A DNA stretch of 64,000 nucleotides from the human T2T-CHM13v2.0 reference genome, Homo sapiens. The stretch is taken from NCBI RefSeq assembly GCF_009914755.1, contig NC_060932.1. The stretch is one strand, 5' to 3'. The translations under genes were made by a program, and so were the position numbers. Position 1 is the first letter of the stretch. Every line of letters starts with the position of its first letter. The notes below the pieces were generated by a model. It was given only the letters and a program-made list of their open reading frames with translations, did not search any database and was not told where the DNA came from. Shown here piece after piece: positions 42,082 to 56,649 of the stretch.

Positions 42082-45000
42082 CTAGTTACATATTTTTAAT
42101 TTTCAGTATAAAGAACACACCCTGATACCACCCCACACCCATGCCCTCATGCCACCACCAAAGCTTCAGGGAGAATTGAGCAAAACGCATTTAAGGAAAC
42201 AAATACCTTTGACTCTCTCAGCTTATAAAATGCCCATGGCCCAACTCTGAGGAGGGGTGAGTCCCAAACTTACCTGGGAGGTGCTTCTGTACAGAACAAC
42301 AACATTTGATACTTGTTTTTACCAAAGTTTTCTCACAGTAATAGATTAAAATTAAGATGATGAAAAGAACCGTATTTTAGGAGGCTCTACCCAGGAGTAC
42401 AGGAAAACACAGAATTCCTCTGCATCCTTGCAAATGTGCCTCTCCGGGGAGGCTACGCCACAGAACCCCATTCCATCTGACAGGCTACTTGGAAAAAGGG
42501 CACAGGGCCTCAGAAGCTCAAGGTTCAGACTCCCCAGACCACGTACAACTCACACAAGACACGACCTGGGCCCCAGACACCACAGCCCTGGCCACGACTT
42601 GGCCCAGAGCAACACAAATCACAGGTGCTGTGGCCAAAGTATGTTTTATCTGTACCTCAACTAAGCCTCAGCATCTGAGGCTGGATCCCTGGGGTCACAG
42701 AGAGAATGAAAACTTAGACCCCAAAGAACTTCCCTAAAACATGGAGGATGCAAAATAAACAAAAATTTCTTTTCCCATTACCAAAATGCTTATAGATGAG
42801 GCAGACGGGGAAGAAGGTCGGAGTTCCAGTTCGCCACAGCTGATACTCCGTCCCAGACCCGGCCTCAGGCTCCCCTTGTCCAGGGGCTCGGCTGAAGCCC
42901 AGCAGCTCCTCTCCTCCCACCACTGACTCAGAAGGGACGACCACATTCTCATTCCTGCCCCCAGCTACCCCATGGACTAGGGGGAGGAGGAAGAAATGGC
43001 TTCAACAACTAGAGCGCAGGTGGAATTTAAAAGCCACCCTTTTTCTATGGCAAATGTTTCTACCATAAGAAAAAGTACGTCCCAGTTATTGTGGCCCTGC
43101 ATAGACAAACGTTTAGCAAGTCCTTGTCATGTGAACAGAGAGGGACCCAGCACAGACTGGCCTCTGAGGCATCCGTCCAAGAGGAAAGGTCTAGGATAGG
43201 GGAGGCCTTGGAGGGGTCAGGCCCCGCACCGTATCACCCCAGCAGCAGGGTGGCCACGGGCCAGCGCCCCTGGACAGTCCAGGTTTAGGCCTGCCGTCCC
43301 TGCAAGATCTGTGATCACCGTCTGCCCTTCATTCTCAAAAATCTCCAGTCCTGGATGAAAACCACAGGGCCGTGGCACCCACCCTGCCTCAGCCTGCTCT
43401 CACACTGACCGTGAGGGTCACACAAGGCAGGGCTTACCAAGTCCACCTTCCTACCAAGACCTGACGTGGACAGGGGGCAAACTGAAAAAGTTGAAATGTT
43501 CCACTGCTAAGAGAAGAGGGAATAGTAACGGAAATAAAAATCACTGAGAAATTTCTATGAAATTGGAAAACGACGAATGAACAAAAGTAGTTTCCGGCCT
43601 CTGGAGTCACTGGCGCTGACCCCGGAAGGCACGGGTGAAACCACACTGAGCAGCACCAGGGCAAAGTCGAAGGCGGTACTGAGAAAGGTTTTCCTTCCCC
43701 ACATGCAGGACCCTCTGGGAGGCTGGGGGAGGAGGCCGAGGTGAGTGCCAGGCCCCCAAACCACCCCAGGGACCTTCTCCACAGACCCACTCCTGGATGT
43801 TGAGACACGCACCAGGCCCGTCAAGCTACTGCCATCCCTCTCGAGTCCCTGCGAACCTCCCCACACACCCTGTGGGCCACCTGGGAGGGAGAAATGATCT
43901 ATAAGGACGAATGGCAGGTGAGCAAGGGCAGAGTACCAAAGAAAGCAGCAGGAGCTTCGAGAGCGGCCTGACGGCTCCATGGTCCCCCCATCCCTGCCGC
44001 CCAAGCCTCCAGGCCACACTGGGTACTCGTCAGGGAGAGGCGGTGAGGAAAGGAGTTTGAGATTACTCAGGCTCAGGTTTCTCTCCTGTGCCTGCCACGG
44101 TTGAAAGATGGATGGGGAATCTGAGATAATAAGAGGCTGAATTCACAGCTCGCCCAGCAGGCTCATGTATCGGTACGCAAGAGAAAACTGTGCGCTTCTA
44201 GGAGAACAAGTTACAGACAACACAACAGAAAATGGAAAGCTAGTAGAATCTCAGAGCGTGGATGTACAGTCTCCCAGGAAGGGCAGGAATTCCTGGATGA
44301 GCCTCCGCCATGTGACGGGTTCTTCCTGAGCTAACCCAACATCTCCCCGTTCCAGCAGCTGCAGCATCAGCAGACAAGACCCCACCACTGATTACATTAA
44401 GTGCCCACCACAGAAACACCCACATGACCTCACTACAACCTCTTGGCAACCCAGAGGGGTAGTTATGATAGTCCTGATTGTGCAGCCCTTGTGGAAACTA
44501 AAGCTCACAGAGGTTAAGAAAATGAAGTTATTCAACTCAGGATGGCTTGAGGTCAATGTTTTCTCCATGACATTCAGCCAGCTGGGGCCCAGGGCCCTGG
44601 GCCCACTAAAGCATCCCTGTAGACAAGGGAGGTGAGGCACACCCCAGGCTGCCCACCGTGCCGGCTCCTGCTGTGTGTGCTGTTCATGCTCCTTCTCAGC
44701 TCCTAAAGGGCTCCATTTTACAGACGTGGACGCGAGGCTCACAGAAGACCAGCTCATGTGGAGGCTGGGCCCAGGTTTCCGTGGTCTTCCACTCCGCCCG
44801 GCAGCCTCCGGCTGCCTCTCCCTCTCCGCCCTGTTCCCCAGGGGCTGTAGCTCTGCCGAGGGCACCTCCACAGGCCATCCCTGGGGCTGCCTGCTCTGCC
44901 TCCCATCAGCAGACCTAGATCAGCCGCACCCGATTCAAAGGGCTCCCCCAGCACTGCACCCCATCAGAGTCAAAGCCCATCCTTGTCTCCAGACTGCCTC

Positions 45001-45247
45001 TCCAGCTCACTCTCCAGGCTGGAAAGCACCACCAAGAAGGGACAGCGGTGATTATGAGTGAACCTAGGACCAAGGTCTGGCAACTTTCACTAGAGGCCAA
45101 TGAAAACAAGGACTGCCCTAGACGAGACTTTCCACCAAACTGCATGTGAATGAGGCTCCATACACAGGTGTGGCTTCTGGGCAGCACTAGAGACAGTGGC
45201 GACTGCTGGTCAGCCTGGATCACTGGCCTCCGCATTTCGCTAGCACA

Positions 45248-45417
45248 CAGGTTCTGTGACTTCCCTGAACGTCAGAGCACCTGGAGGGCCTCTTAAACTA
45301 CAGATCGTTGGGCCCTGCCCCACAGTAAGCCTGGCGTGGGTCTAAGAATTTGCATTTCTAGCAAGTTCCCAGGTGATGGTGCTGCTGCTGGCCTGGGTCC
45401 GCACTTTGAGAACCACG
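45248..45417. mobile_element. MER5A hAT-Charlie MITE
   Basis: cacctggagggcctcttaaactacagat...aagaatttgcatttctagcaagttcccaggtgatg...cactttgagaaccac. Confidence 0.85.
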
Positions 45418-45807
45418 ACTCCCACAGGAGGCTTTCAAGCCAGCTGTGAAGTGGTCATTTATGCTACAGGTGAAAACAGAGAAACCCCAAAAGACAAAGA
45501 TCAAGGCAAAGGCATCCTCTTCAAAAACCTACAAATTCCTCATTAAAAAATATAAAGATCAATTTCCCTCAACCTGCCAGCCAAGGTCCTCTAGGATTTG
45601 GCCCAGCCAAGTTGACCCCTCACCACCCCCACACTCCTACATTAGCACCGAGCATCAGCATCCAGGCCATGGGACGCCATTTCCCTCCCAACTTCACCCC
45701 ACTCAAGCTGCCCTGGCTGTGCCAACGCCCCTCCTCTCTTCATGTCACCTGTCAGCCCATCCACTGACATCCCCATCAGCTGCTCTCTCTTCTAATAAGT
45801 GTCTTCA

Positions 45808-46660
45808 GAAAATAACCCTCATGTTTATGGTCAACTGATTTTAGACAAAGGCACTAAAGCCATCCAATGGAGAAAGGACAGTCTTTTTTTTTTTTTTTTT
45901 TTTTTTTGAGATGGAGTCTCACTGCAGGCTTCACCCCCCCGGGGTTCACGCCATTCTCCTGCCTCAGCCTCCCCAGTAGCTGGGACTACAGGCGCCCGCC
46001 ACCTCGCCCGGCTAATTTTTTGTACTTTTAGTACAGACGGGGTTCCACTGTGTTAGCCAGGATGGTCTCGATCTCCTGACCTCGTGATCCGCTCGCCTCA
46101 GCCTCCCAAAGTGCTGGGATTACAGGCGTGAGCCACCGCGCCTGGCCAGGGTTTTTTTTAACACCCCATGCTGGAATAACTGGATATCCATATGCAACAT
46201 AAGAAAAGCATTCACCTCACACCCGACACAAAAAATTAGCTCAAAAGGATTATGGACATAAATGTAAGATTTAAAACTATAAAACTTCTAAAAACAACAT
46301 AGGAGAACATATTTGTGACCATGGATTATGCAGAGGCTTATGACACCAAAGGTACAGCCTATGTTTAAAAATTGATAAACTGTACTTCATCAGCACCTAC
46401 AATTTCTCTCACCGCTAAGAAAAAGACAAATCGCAGACTGGGAGAAGTATCTCTAAACCAGGCATTTGACAAAGGGCTTACGACCACAATGCACAAGGAA
46501 CTCTCTGACTCAATAATAAGGCGGCTACGAACCTGGTTTTAAAAAGGGTGCCAAAGGCTCAGGTGCCTCACCACAAGGGATCTGAGCACGGCTCGTGAGG
46601 AGCTGAGAAAACGCTCCCATCAGCCCTTGGAGAGGTAAATGAAAACCACAGGGAGAAGCC
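45808..46660 (+). mobile_element. L1M ORF2 3' relic interrupted by an AluY
   Basis: tatggtcaactgattttagacaaagg...caatggagaaaggacagtc, and ctataaaacttctaaaaacaacataggag. Confidence 0.75.
45884..46148 (-). mobile_element. AluY-like with a ~43-bp internal deletion
   Basis: gagatggagtctcact|gcagg lacks the ctgtcgccc...ggctcact segment. Confidence 0.9.
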
Positions 46661-47296
46661 ACAGGCCAAGACGTACATGAAGCAGCCTTGCAGAGTCTGG
46701 CAGGGAGGACTCAGCTGCCATCCCGGTGCCCTTCGCCTTCTGCGGGGATACTGGCACCAGAGTCACTTACTCACAGGCACCTGGAAGGCAGGATGCTGCC
46801 TGTTCACCTCTGCTCCTCTGAGAGGAGCAGTGTGGGGGAGCTGTAGGGGGAGACACAGGGTCCCCGAGACAAACTGGTGAGCTGCCAGAAGTGTCTGGAA
46901 GTTTCCAATCCTGCAGGGCCGCGGAATCAGGGTCAATGCTGCCCCAATTTCTCTCCCTGGGCAGCTACTGGGTCTGGATTATCTGATGAGTAAGACGATT
47001 CTGGCCTGAAAACATACAGCAAATGTCTTCGCATCTTCACCTGATCACTTCCAAACCTCAAGCAGTAAAGCACTTTCATATTTTGTTTCGAGCCATGCAG
47101 GAGAAGAGTAAGGGTTTTTCTGGGGACGAGAGGGCTTGAATGTGCCAGAACAGGTGTAACGGCCCGTGCGGGACAGGGCTGGGTAAGAGAACACCATCAA
47201 ATGAAACGGCCCCATCACAGAACCGATAAACACTCAGTATCTGCCGATGGAGATTCACAACAGTATCCATGAAGTAGCTTCGAAAAAAAATGCTGA

Positions 47297-47934
<638 letters not shown>

Positions 47935-47961
47935 TCCTACTCCTAATTTAATGAGGAGTAA

Positions 47962-48632
<671 letters not shown>

Positions 48633-49642
48633 TGTGACGTGAAAGACCACACAGCGATGGCTGTGTCTGTGCCAGGCTACCCTCTGCAATGCCCTTTCAC
48701 TCGGGCACCTTCACGGAAGTTGCCCAGGCCTGAGGCGGGTGTGGCTGGGATTCCCACTCCCCGCTGGACAGATGAGGGGCTGAAGGCAGGCCGAGGTCCC
48801 AGAGAACCAGTGGAGCTGGGATCGCAATGCGTCTCTGCTCCGTCCAGAGCACTCTGGTTTTTTTCCACAGATAACCTGAGTTGCTTTCTTCATAGACGGG
48901 CAGAGACATCTGGGTGGGCTTCACAGGAGAGATGTGTGTGTGGGACTCGGTGGCCGGGCTCCCATCCCCAGGAGGGGAGTGAAGAGTTCTCGCCCGCAGA
49001 CCAACTGGGGCGCCGTGGTTGACAGCAGGCCAGGTGCGGAGCCGTGAGGGTCAGGTCTGACAGGAATGCAAGCACCACAAGAGAATTAACCACTGGTGTC
49101 AGGACTTGGTGTCTCTTCCTGGTGACCTGAAGGTTGACCACCACCCTGTCCCTCTGAAAAATGTCCTGCTGGGCCAGGCTTGGCTTAAGAACCGTGTAGG
49201 TGGTGAGAGCCTGGGAGTGAAGGCTCCGGTGGGACCACCTGCCCCAGGAAGGAGGGGTCCTGGGCTCTGGCCAGACGCTGCCACGGAGCTTCCCACTCAC
49301 CCGCCCACTCGCAAGCCAAACGTCTCTAGCCCAGCACAGGCCAGATGGAGGACCAAGGTGGTGGGAAGGGCGGACACGAACGGACACGGGTGCTGCTCGC
49401 AGACAGCTGCAGCCTGGCGTCATGGCTCCTGCACTCGGGTGCACGGTCGGCACCAGAGGAGATTAAATATGCCAATGCCCAGGCTGCGTCCAGCCAGTCC
49501 AGTCAGGATGCTGGCGGGTGAGAGGAGGGGACAGGCACCCCTCTTTAGTAAAGACCCCCGGGTGATGACAACACACAGCAAAGTCTACGAACCTCTAGTA
49601 CAGCAAGAGGGAGAATCTGAGGTGGAAAACAACAAACCCCAT

Positions 49643-49765
49643 CCAAGAGACCCACAGTGTCGGGGAGGACAGGACAGCGCCCCTCACAGCAAGGCTGGGG
49701 GACCAAGAGACCCACAGCGTCGAGGACAGGACAGTGCCCCTCACAGCACTGCCAGGGGGACCCAG
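49643..49765. repeat. ~60-bp tandem duplication (2 copies)
   Basis: ccaagagacccacag(t/c)gtcg..gaggacaggacag(c/t)gcccctcacagca occurs twice. Confidence 0.85.
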
Positions 49766-52700
49766 GACAGAGCTGGCCTAAAGCGGGGCTTGAGGGAAAG
49801 AAGAGCCGTGGCCCATGGGCAAGTGATGCCCTGACTCCTCTCTGCCAGCTGGGGTGTGGGGCTGAGACTCCACAGACCACATTCCCGCTCTGCCCATGGG
49901 TGCTGGCGGGAGGCCTTCGGACCACAGAGGGAAGAAGCGATCTGCTCTCCCTGGGCCTCCCCTTGCCCCTCGAGAGTTTTCTGTCTACGATTCCTGCAGG
50001 TACCCCCCCAGTGACATCGCACCTCACTTCCAAGACCCCAGGTGTCCCCTTCTCAAATGGCTGTGGCAGCTCCATGCCCCCCCAGACTTCTCTAACAAGA
50101 TGCCAACCCCGAGGGACCACACCCCTCCCTGCAGCCGCCCCATAACTGGCACACCTCAGTGTTGTCCTCTGCCTAAACGGGCCCAGCTACCAATGTTACA
50201 CCTCGGACACAGTTCTCCATAGCGAATCTTCTCTGTTCACTAAGCGGGTGGCTCCTCACTCCTGACCAATGCCAGGAGAACTTTCTCTGCCTCCACTCTC
50301 AATGCCACTGAGAATCCAGGCAAATGGGGCCCCAAATAACAACCAACTACTTGAGCAGAAATTGGGTCCGGTCACCTCCACAAGAAGGAAACAAAAGTCC
50401 CGGAATGCCTGCCCTGCACACAAGCCATGACGTGCTCCAGCCGTGCGATCTGGAGGGGGACAGCTTTGAAATTATCACTGTAACAAAGGGGCACCAGGAG
50501 GTAACAGCACCATCACCAACGGCTGGCCACTGGCCATGCATCGGGCATGGCCTCTAACGCTGCTCTTTAGATCAACCTGCCGGGCATGGATTCGATTCCT
50601 ACTTTATGAAGAGCACTCGGCGCACGGTGAGGCCCTGCCCAGGCACGCGAAGCCAGCTCGGGGCGGAGTTGAGGCTGCAGAGGGCTCCGCGTGGCTCCAG
50701 CCCGTGCGTGTTCATCTCAGCCCAGCAAGTGGACAGCTGGGGACAGGTCTGCAGACAGGGTGGGCGTGGGAGGAGCCACACGCCCCCCACCTTCCACGCG
50801 CTAGGAAAGGCTCCAGACATTTCCCCACCGCAGAAGCCACCCACGGACAACAGAGGCAAAGACCCAGAAGGAAAACCTCCTGTCGAAGGTTTCTGAGGAA
50901 CAAAGAGGCGCGTGGTGTGTGGAAAGCCAATCAAGTCATCCTATTTTTCTTTTCTCACAGAAAGAGAAGAATTTCTCTTGTCACCTGAGTCAGCAAACCA
51001 CTGCATCTTCCCCAGCATTGAATTTCTTGAATCCAATTGCTTCTCCAGGCTGAACGCAAACGTTCCTTCCCTCTGCCTATTAATCACTGGGAGGTCCCTA
51101 TTGATCCCAGAGCCATCTGGGTTTGTATCAGGAAAACTGTAAAAACTGCTCATTAGTGGGGCCAGTGGGGGTTGCAGAGACAGCTCTGGCCAGGGAGTCC
51201 AGAGCCCAGGCTCTATCAGGCCTCTGCCACGGGCTCACTAACTGACCTCGGGTCTCCATCTCCCCGCATCAGCTGAAGGGATGAGGGCACATCAGGATGC
51301 TTTCCCCTTGTTTCTAGAAATTATGTTTCTGAGGGACTCTCCTCATTTCCTTTCAGATTGAAAAACGAGGTACAAAGAAAATCCACGCAAAAACTCATCT
51401 GTAACTCATACTGCAGAAGGAACACAGAGGGATGAGCAATGCCAACACAGTATAAATAAGCCTCAATAACAACCTGCAAGAAGACTGGGCGCCACACGGT
51501 TAAGCATCACTTTGATGATTCACAAGGTTCTTTGGAATGTTTGAAGGAATTAAACCAGAAACAAAAAGAGACAGGCGAGAGGAGTAGCCAGATAGTTGAG
51601 TTGGGGGCTGCTCTGACCTGGGATAAACAGGAAAGTGCAGCACCCACATAACCCCCAGGAGATGGGGTTGCCCAGAAACCACTTTCTCAAAGCATCCTCG
51701 AGGAGAAGTTGTGGAGCCCCCAGGTTGGCCATTGCCTGTGGGGCTCTTCCCTGCCCCTCTCGCAGCAGAGCCATGCCATGATCCACGTGGATGCTCTATC
51801 AAGACACAGCCAGAGCTGGCCGCTCAGATCCTGCCGGCGGTCCATCTCCCCAGCAGCCGCAGCGTTTGGGTGCTTCGGTGCCAGGTCCGCTGCACCCTCT
51901 AAATGCGGTGTCCCTGCAGCGAGCGAGGGGGACAGAGCCGGGCATCTTAAAGCATGTAATGAGATAACATCTATTATCATACATTATAAAGAGGTTTATG
52001 CATACATGAGGGTTGTCATGAAATTTAATTTCAATGGTTTGATAATTAGGCAAAAAAACCCACAATTGTCGTATCTTAATTTTCCAGTAAATTTGCTGCT
52101 GCTGCTGCCAACACTGTATTTTCCTAAGAAAGTTCATGCGGTTTCACTAAGGAGAGACATCCACTGTTTCCGGTTGTGCATGGAAAATGGACGAGGAGGG
52201 AAGGCCGATTCTGGGAACGCAGCCTAGGGAACCATGGGCAACTCCCACAGAAAGGCGGGCGGTGGAGAACAGGTGGCTGGTGCTCAGCAGCCCAGTTCCA
52301 GCTCCAACTGACTGCATGCCCCTGGTGGGTCTCGACCTCTTTTACTCATAGGGAAAAATGAGTGCAAAGCCCACTCCCTGTAGAACTGCCTATGAAAGTG
52401 GTGTCTTTCCCAACACTGCCCCGGGGTAGAAATACAAGTTAATACAGATCTCCAGCTGCTCGACTGGAAACAGGGTTCCGAATGTCATGACCAATGGCCT
52501 GGGGCCCAGGAAACAGACTCACCAGGCACCAAGCATCACAAATCACATCTGGCAAAAGCAAAGTTAACTAATGGTCCTTAATTACAGAACTGATGTATCA
52601 CACATGCCACAGAAACTCACAAGCTGAGGAATGAGTCACTAATTTCCAAAGGACCTTTTAAAGGAGAGATTAGGAAGGTGAAAAAGTACTTTCTACATCC

Positions 52701-52927
52701 AATCGCTTCAGTATTCCATTGTAAAGTATGAGACTAACAAGATCTCGCTAAGAAATATGATAAGAGTGGCATTGCTAATTTCTAAAAACTCTAATATTCA
52801 CAGTCTATGAACACCTCTTTCACACTTACCACCCCACCACACTCCCCTCCACCATGCTGCTCCCCCTGCCTGCACGGCTCTCCCTGGCACACTGGCCCTG
52901 GCCACCTCCTGCTCACTCGTCACGTCG

Positions 52928-53318
52928 TGCTGTAAATGAATGTTTATGCCCCACAAAATCTACATGCTGAAATCCTACCCTCCATGGTGATTATATTAAA
53001 GGGCAGGGCTTCAGGGAGGTGATCAGCTCATGAAGATGGAATCCACATGACTAGGATCAGTGTTCTTTTAAATGAAGCTTGAGAAAAACCCTTTGCCCCT
53101 CCCACCATGTGAGGACACAGTGAGAAGCCTCCAACTACGAAGCAGGAAATGGGCCCTCACCACCCACAGAATCTGCCCAGCGTCTTGATCTTGAACCTGC
53201 AGCCTCCAGAATCTGCCCAGCGTCTTGATCTTGAACCTGCAGTCTCCAGAACCATGAGAAATAATTTTCGGTTGTTTATAAGCCACCCAGTCTATGGTAT
53301 TTTGTTGCAGCAACTCAG
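52928..53318 (+). mobile_element. MaLR LTR (MLT1A/MST-like) containing a 40-bp tandem duplication at 53167-53250
   Basis: ccaccatgtgaggacacagtgagaag and ataagccacccagtctatggtattttgtt. cagaatctgcccagcgtcttgatcttgaacctgcag occurs twice. Confidence 0.85.
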
Positions 53319-55857
53319 CATTTCCATATTCTCATCACCTCTCCAGGAAGCCCTCCTAGCCACCTTCCTTGGCCCCCCAGTCCTAGGCCCCCCTCCTATG
53401 TGCTCTGCATTCTCCTCACACTGTATAACAATTGCCTGTTTGTGTGCTTTTCTTCCACACCTAAATATAAGTGTAGTGAAAACACAGGCAACACCACACG
53501 TACTCAGCAGCTTCACTCCCAGCAGGGCCTGGCACCTCGGAGATACACAGGAAATACTTGGTGAATTAACAAATGAACACCCTGGATATCAAAGGCCCAG
53601 TTTGCTTCTCCATCTCACCCTTTCTTCTGCTGGGTGAAGCTGGACTTTACGATCTTGAACCCAACTTACCAAAGGCTGCACAGAGCAGAAAGTGGGAAAT
53701 AAACAGAATTTTGCCCCCGCCCCGGCCTCTCTCACACCATCCCAAGCTTGGCTCCAGCATCGTCTCCCCTTGGTGTGTGGAGCAGCAGGGCAGAGCCTGG
53801 ATGTCAGACAGACGGGGTTCCACAAAGTGGCTTTGATCAGCCACTCATTTTGCTTATCTATAAAATGAGGACACTGTTCCCACATGAGAATATTATGAGG
53901 ACTGAATGTGACTTCATATGGGAAGTGCTCAGTAAATACTATTTCCATCCTCTCTTCCCCCAGGAAGCATGTTGCTCCTCCTCGTGCTGTTGGGGACACA
54001 TTTCTATCCATAGCTCTTGCACTGGGTGAGATGAGATCACCCCTTCCTACTAGGAGGGAGGAGAGGCGGCAGGCACCACAATTATCTAACTGGGGTTGGT
54101 CTCTCAGATTGCAGGCCACCTTTGAATGCCAGTTCTGCAAACGGCAGCATCCAAGCCATGTTAATTCCAGGAATCTGGCTCTTCCTTTAAGAGTAGGCTG
54201 TGCTATCTGCAGAGAAAAGTTCTGTGCACCTGCCTCCCTCCCAGGTAGCAGTGAGAGCACCACCTTCCGCTCCTGCTGGTAGCGATGAAGCTGGAGTCTC
54301 AGCCCCACTACTGCCCACACCTCCAGGCAGAGCCCATGCCCTCCCCACTCCAGAGGGCAGATCGCAGGCAAAAGAAGCTTCTTTAGGTTTAGCACAGCCT
54401 GGGGGTGGGGGGCCGGGGGGTGGTGGCAGGGGTGCCTCCTCGTAGGGGAACGGGAGAGCCAGGAGAGAGGTTCGGCTCAGGACTCTGGGAAGGAACTGGA
54501 TACTCAAGACACAAAGCCTGGAAGGACAGGGACCAGGTCTGAGGTCTGTAAGGTGCTGTCCGGCGTTGCGAAGTAAGGTAGAGCCATTTCCACTTCCTCC
54601 ACCTGCACTGCTCTGCACAACCCCTCCACGGAGGCCGAGTGTGCATCTGACCCACAGAAGGCCGGTGAGGCACTGAGAGAGGTTTGGGAAAGGGAGGGGA
54701 AGGGAATCATGCATTCTAGGGCTCAGGGCAGAGTTGCATGGATTCATGGGTATCCCCAGCAGTGGGCACAGCAGGGGAAGCGCCTAAGATGACTTCCCAG
54801 ATGGACGTAACCTCATGACCTCTAGTTCACCCAACGCTCCCACCCGGCCCGGGACAGCAAGATGCCCTTGTCAGGCAGAAAAGGGCAGCCGCTCTGGCTG
54901 GGTTAGACACTTGTCCCAATGTGTTGCCAATCCCCAGCGAGGAGGGGCCCTTATTTATTCTTCTCAGCACGCCTGAAGCCTGACACGGGGCTTACCACAC
55001 AGCAAATTGCTGAAGTATCAATATTTATTGAATGAATATTTTATGAATAAATAAAAGAATATTCGAGTTAGAAGCATTCAGAAATGAGAATTTAAGCAAA
55101 AACTTAATAACAAAAAAGCCTGAAGCACAAGACTAAATTGTGATTATTTGCAGCTGGGATTGTTAATGTCATCAGCCTCACATTGCCAAGAATGAGTCAA
55201 GCTTACTATACAGGACAAGCTTAGCAATTTATAATTTCTTTAAAGTGTTTTATACTAGTGTCATAAGACGACCAGATTTATGTTCTCTGGGATCTTGGAC
55301 TACATCAAGTTATTTAGATAAGAAAGAGCAGTCCGAGGGCTGACAGTTCCCTATGCAGCAGCACTGGACCCAGCACTGCCAAAGGCGTAGACCCCAGAGG
55401 ATGCATCGATGCTCCCTGAAGGCACCTGTCCTCATCCTGAGGAACCTGAGGTGCCGCAGCATCCAGCCACAGCCCTCACGGCTCATACACACAGAAGCAT
55501 ACACCAGCCCCACGCGCATACCCACACCCAAGTGACAAGTCCTTTCCAAGGGATCTTGGGAAGGAGGATTTTCTGGCACCTCTCAAAGGCAGGCCATAAA
55601 TGTCCCCCAAGCCATTGAATCTCTAGCTTCCAGCAGCCCAAACAGGACCTGCTACAAGGCTGCAGGGCCTGGCTTGACATTCATGCGTGTCATTAACAAT
55701 AATCACATTAAATATGAATACCCTGGAAGCCACCTCACAGTGAGTGCATTAGCATGGAAATGAATAAAGTGGCATATTTACACAATGAAATATTAATAGC
55801 AGTTCAAATGAAAGAACCAGATTTATATTTAGCTCCAAAGAATAACGCTGATTTTTA

Positions 55858-56229
<372 letters not shown>

Positions 56230-56649
56230 TCAAAATAATGTTTGGGTGGGGATATATGTCTATACAATAAAGTAGTAAAACATGGATGTGGAATGATACC
56301 ATCACCTCTAAGAAAGAAATTACCTTAAAGAGGAAGGAAAGAGAAAAGAAGATGGGATGAGGTGGGCAGAAAAGAAGAGCTTAGCTATTTTTACTTTTAT
56401 TTTTGCCAACAATTTCTTCTAAAAAATTTCAAATATAAGGTGAAAAAGATTTACACTGAACACCCCCCATATGCCCATTAAGAGACGCTACTGTTAACAT
56501 TATACTATATTTGCATTACCACCTAATGTGTTCATCTGCCCATCTATTAATCTGTCAGATATTTTATAGAACTCAAAGACTATTGTAGCTATCATGCCCC
56601 GACCCCAAACCCTCCAGTGTGCATATCATTAACAGAGCTCAACACTGGC

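Noticed and set aside
49106-50222. Overlapping 242/191/162-aa ORFs
   Set aside because: GC-rich sequence with open frames on both strands, no recognisable homology, and a local duplication included.
53589-54395. 268-aa minus-strand ORF
   Set aside because: Non-ATG start, runs through MIR sequence, and does not resemble TRAPPC9 or any family I know.
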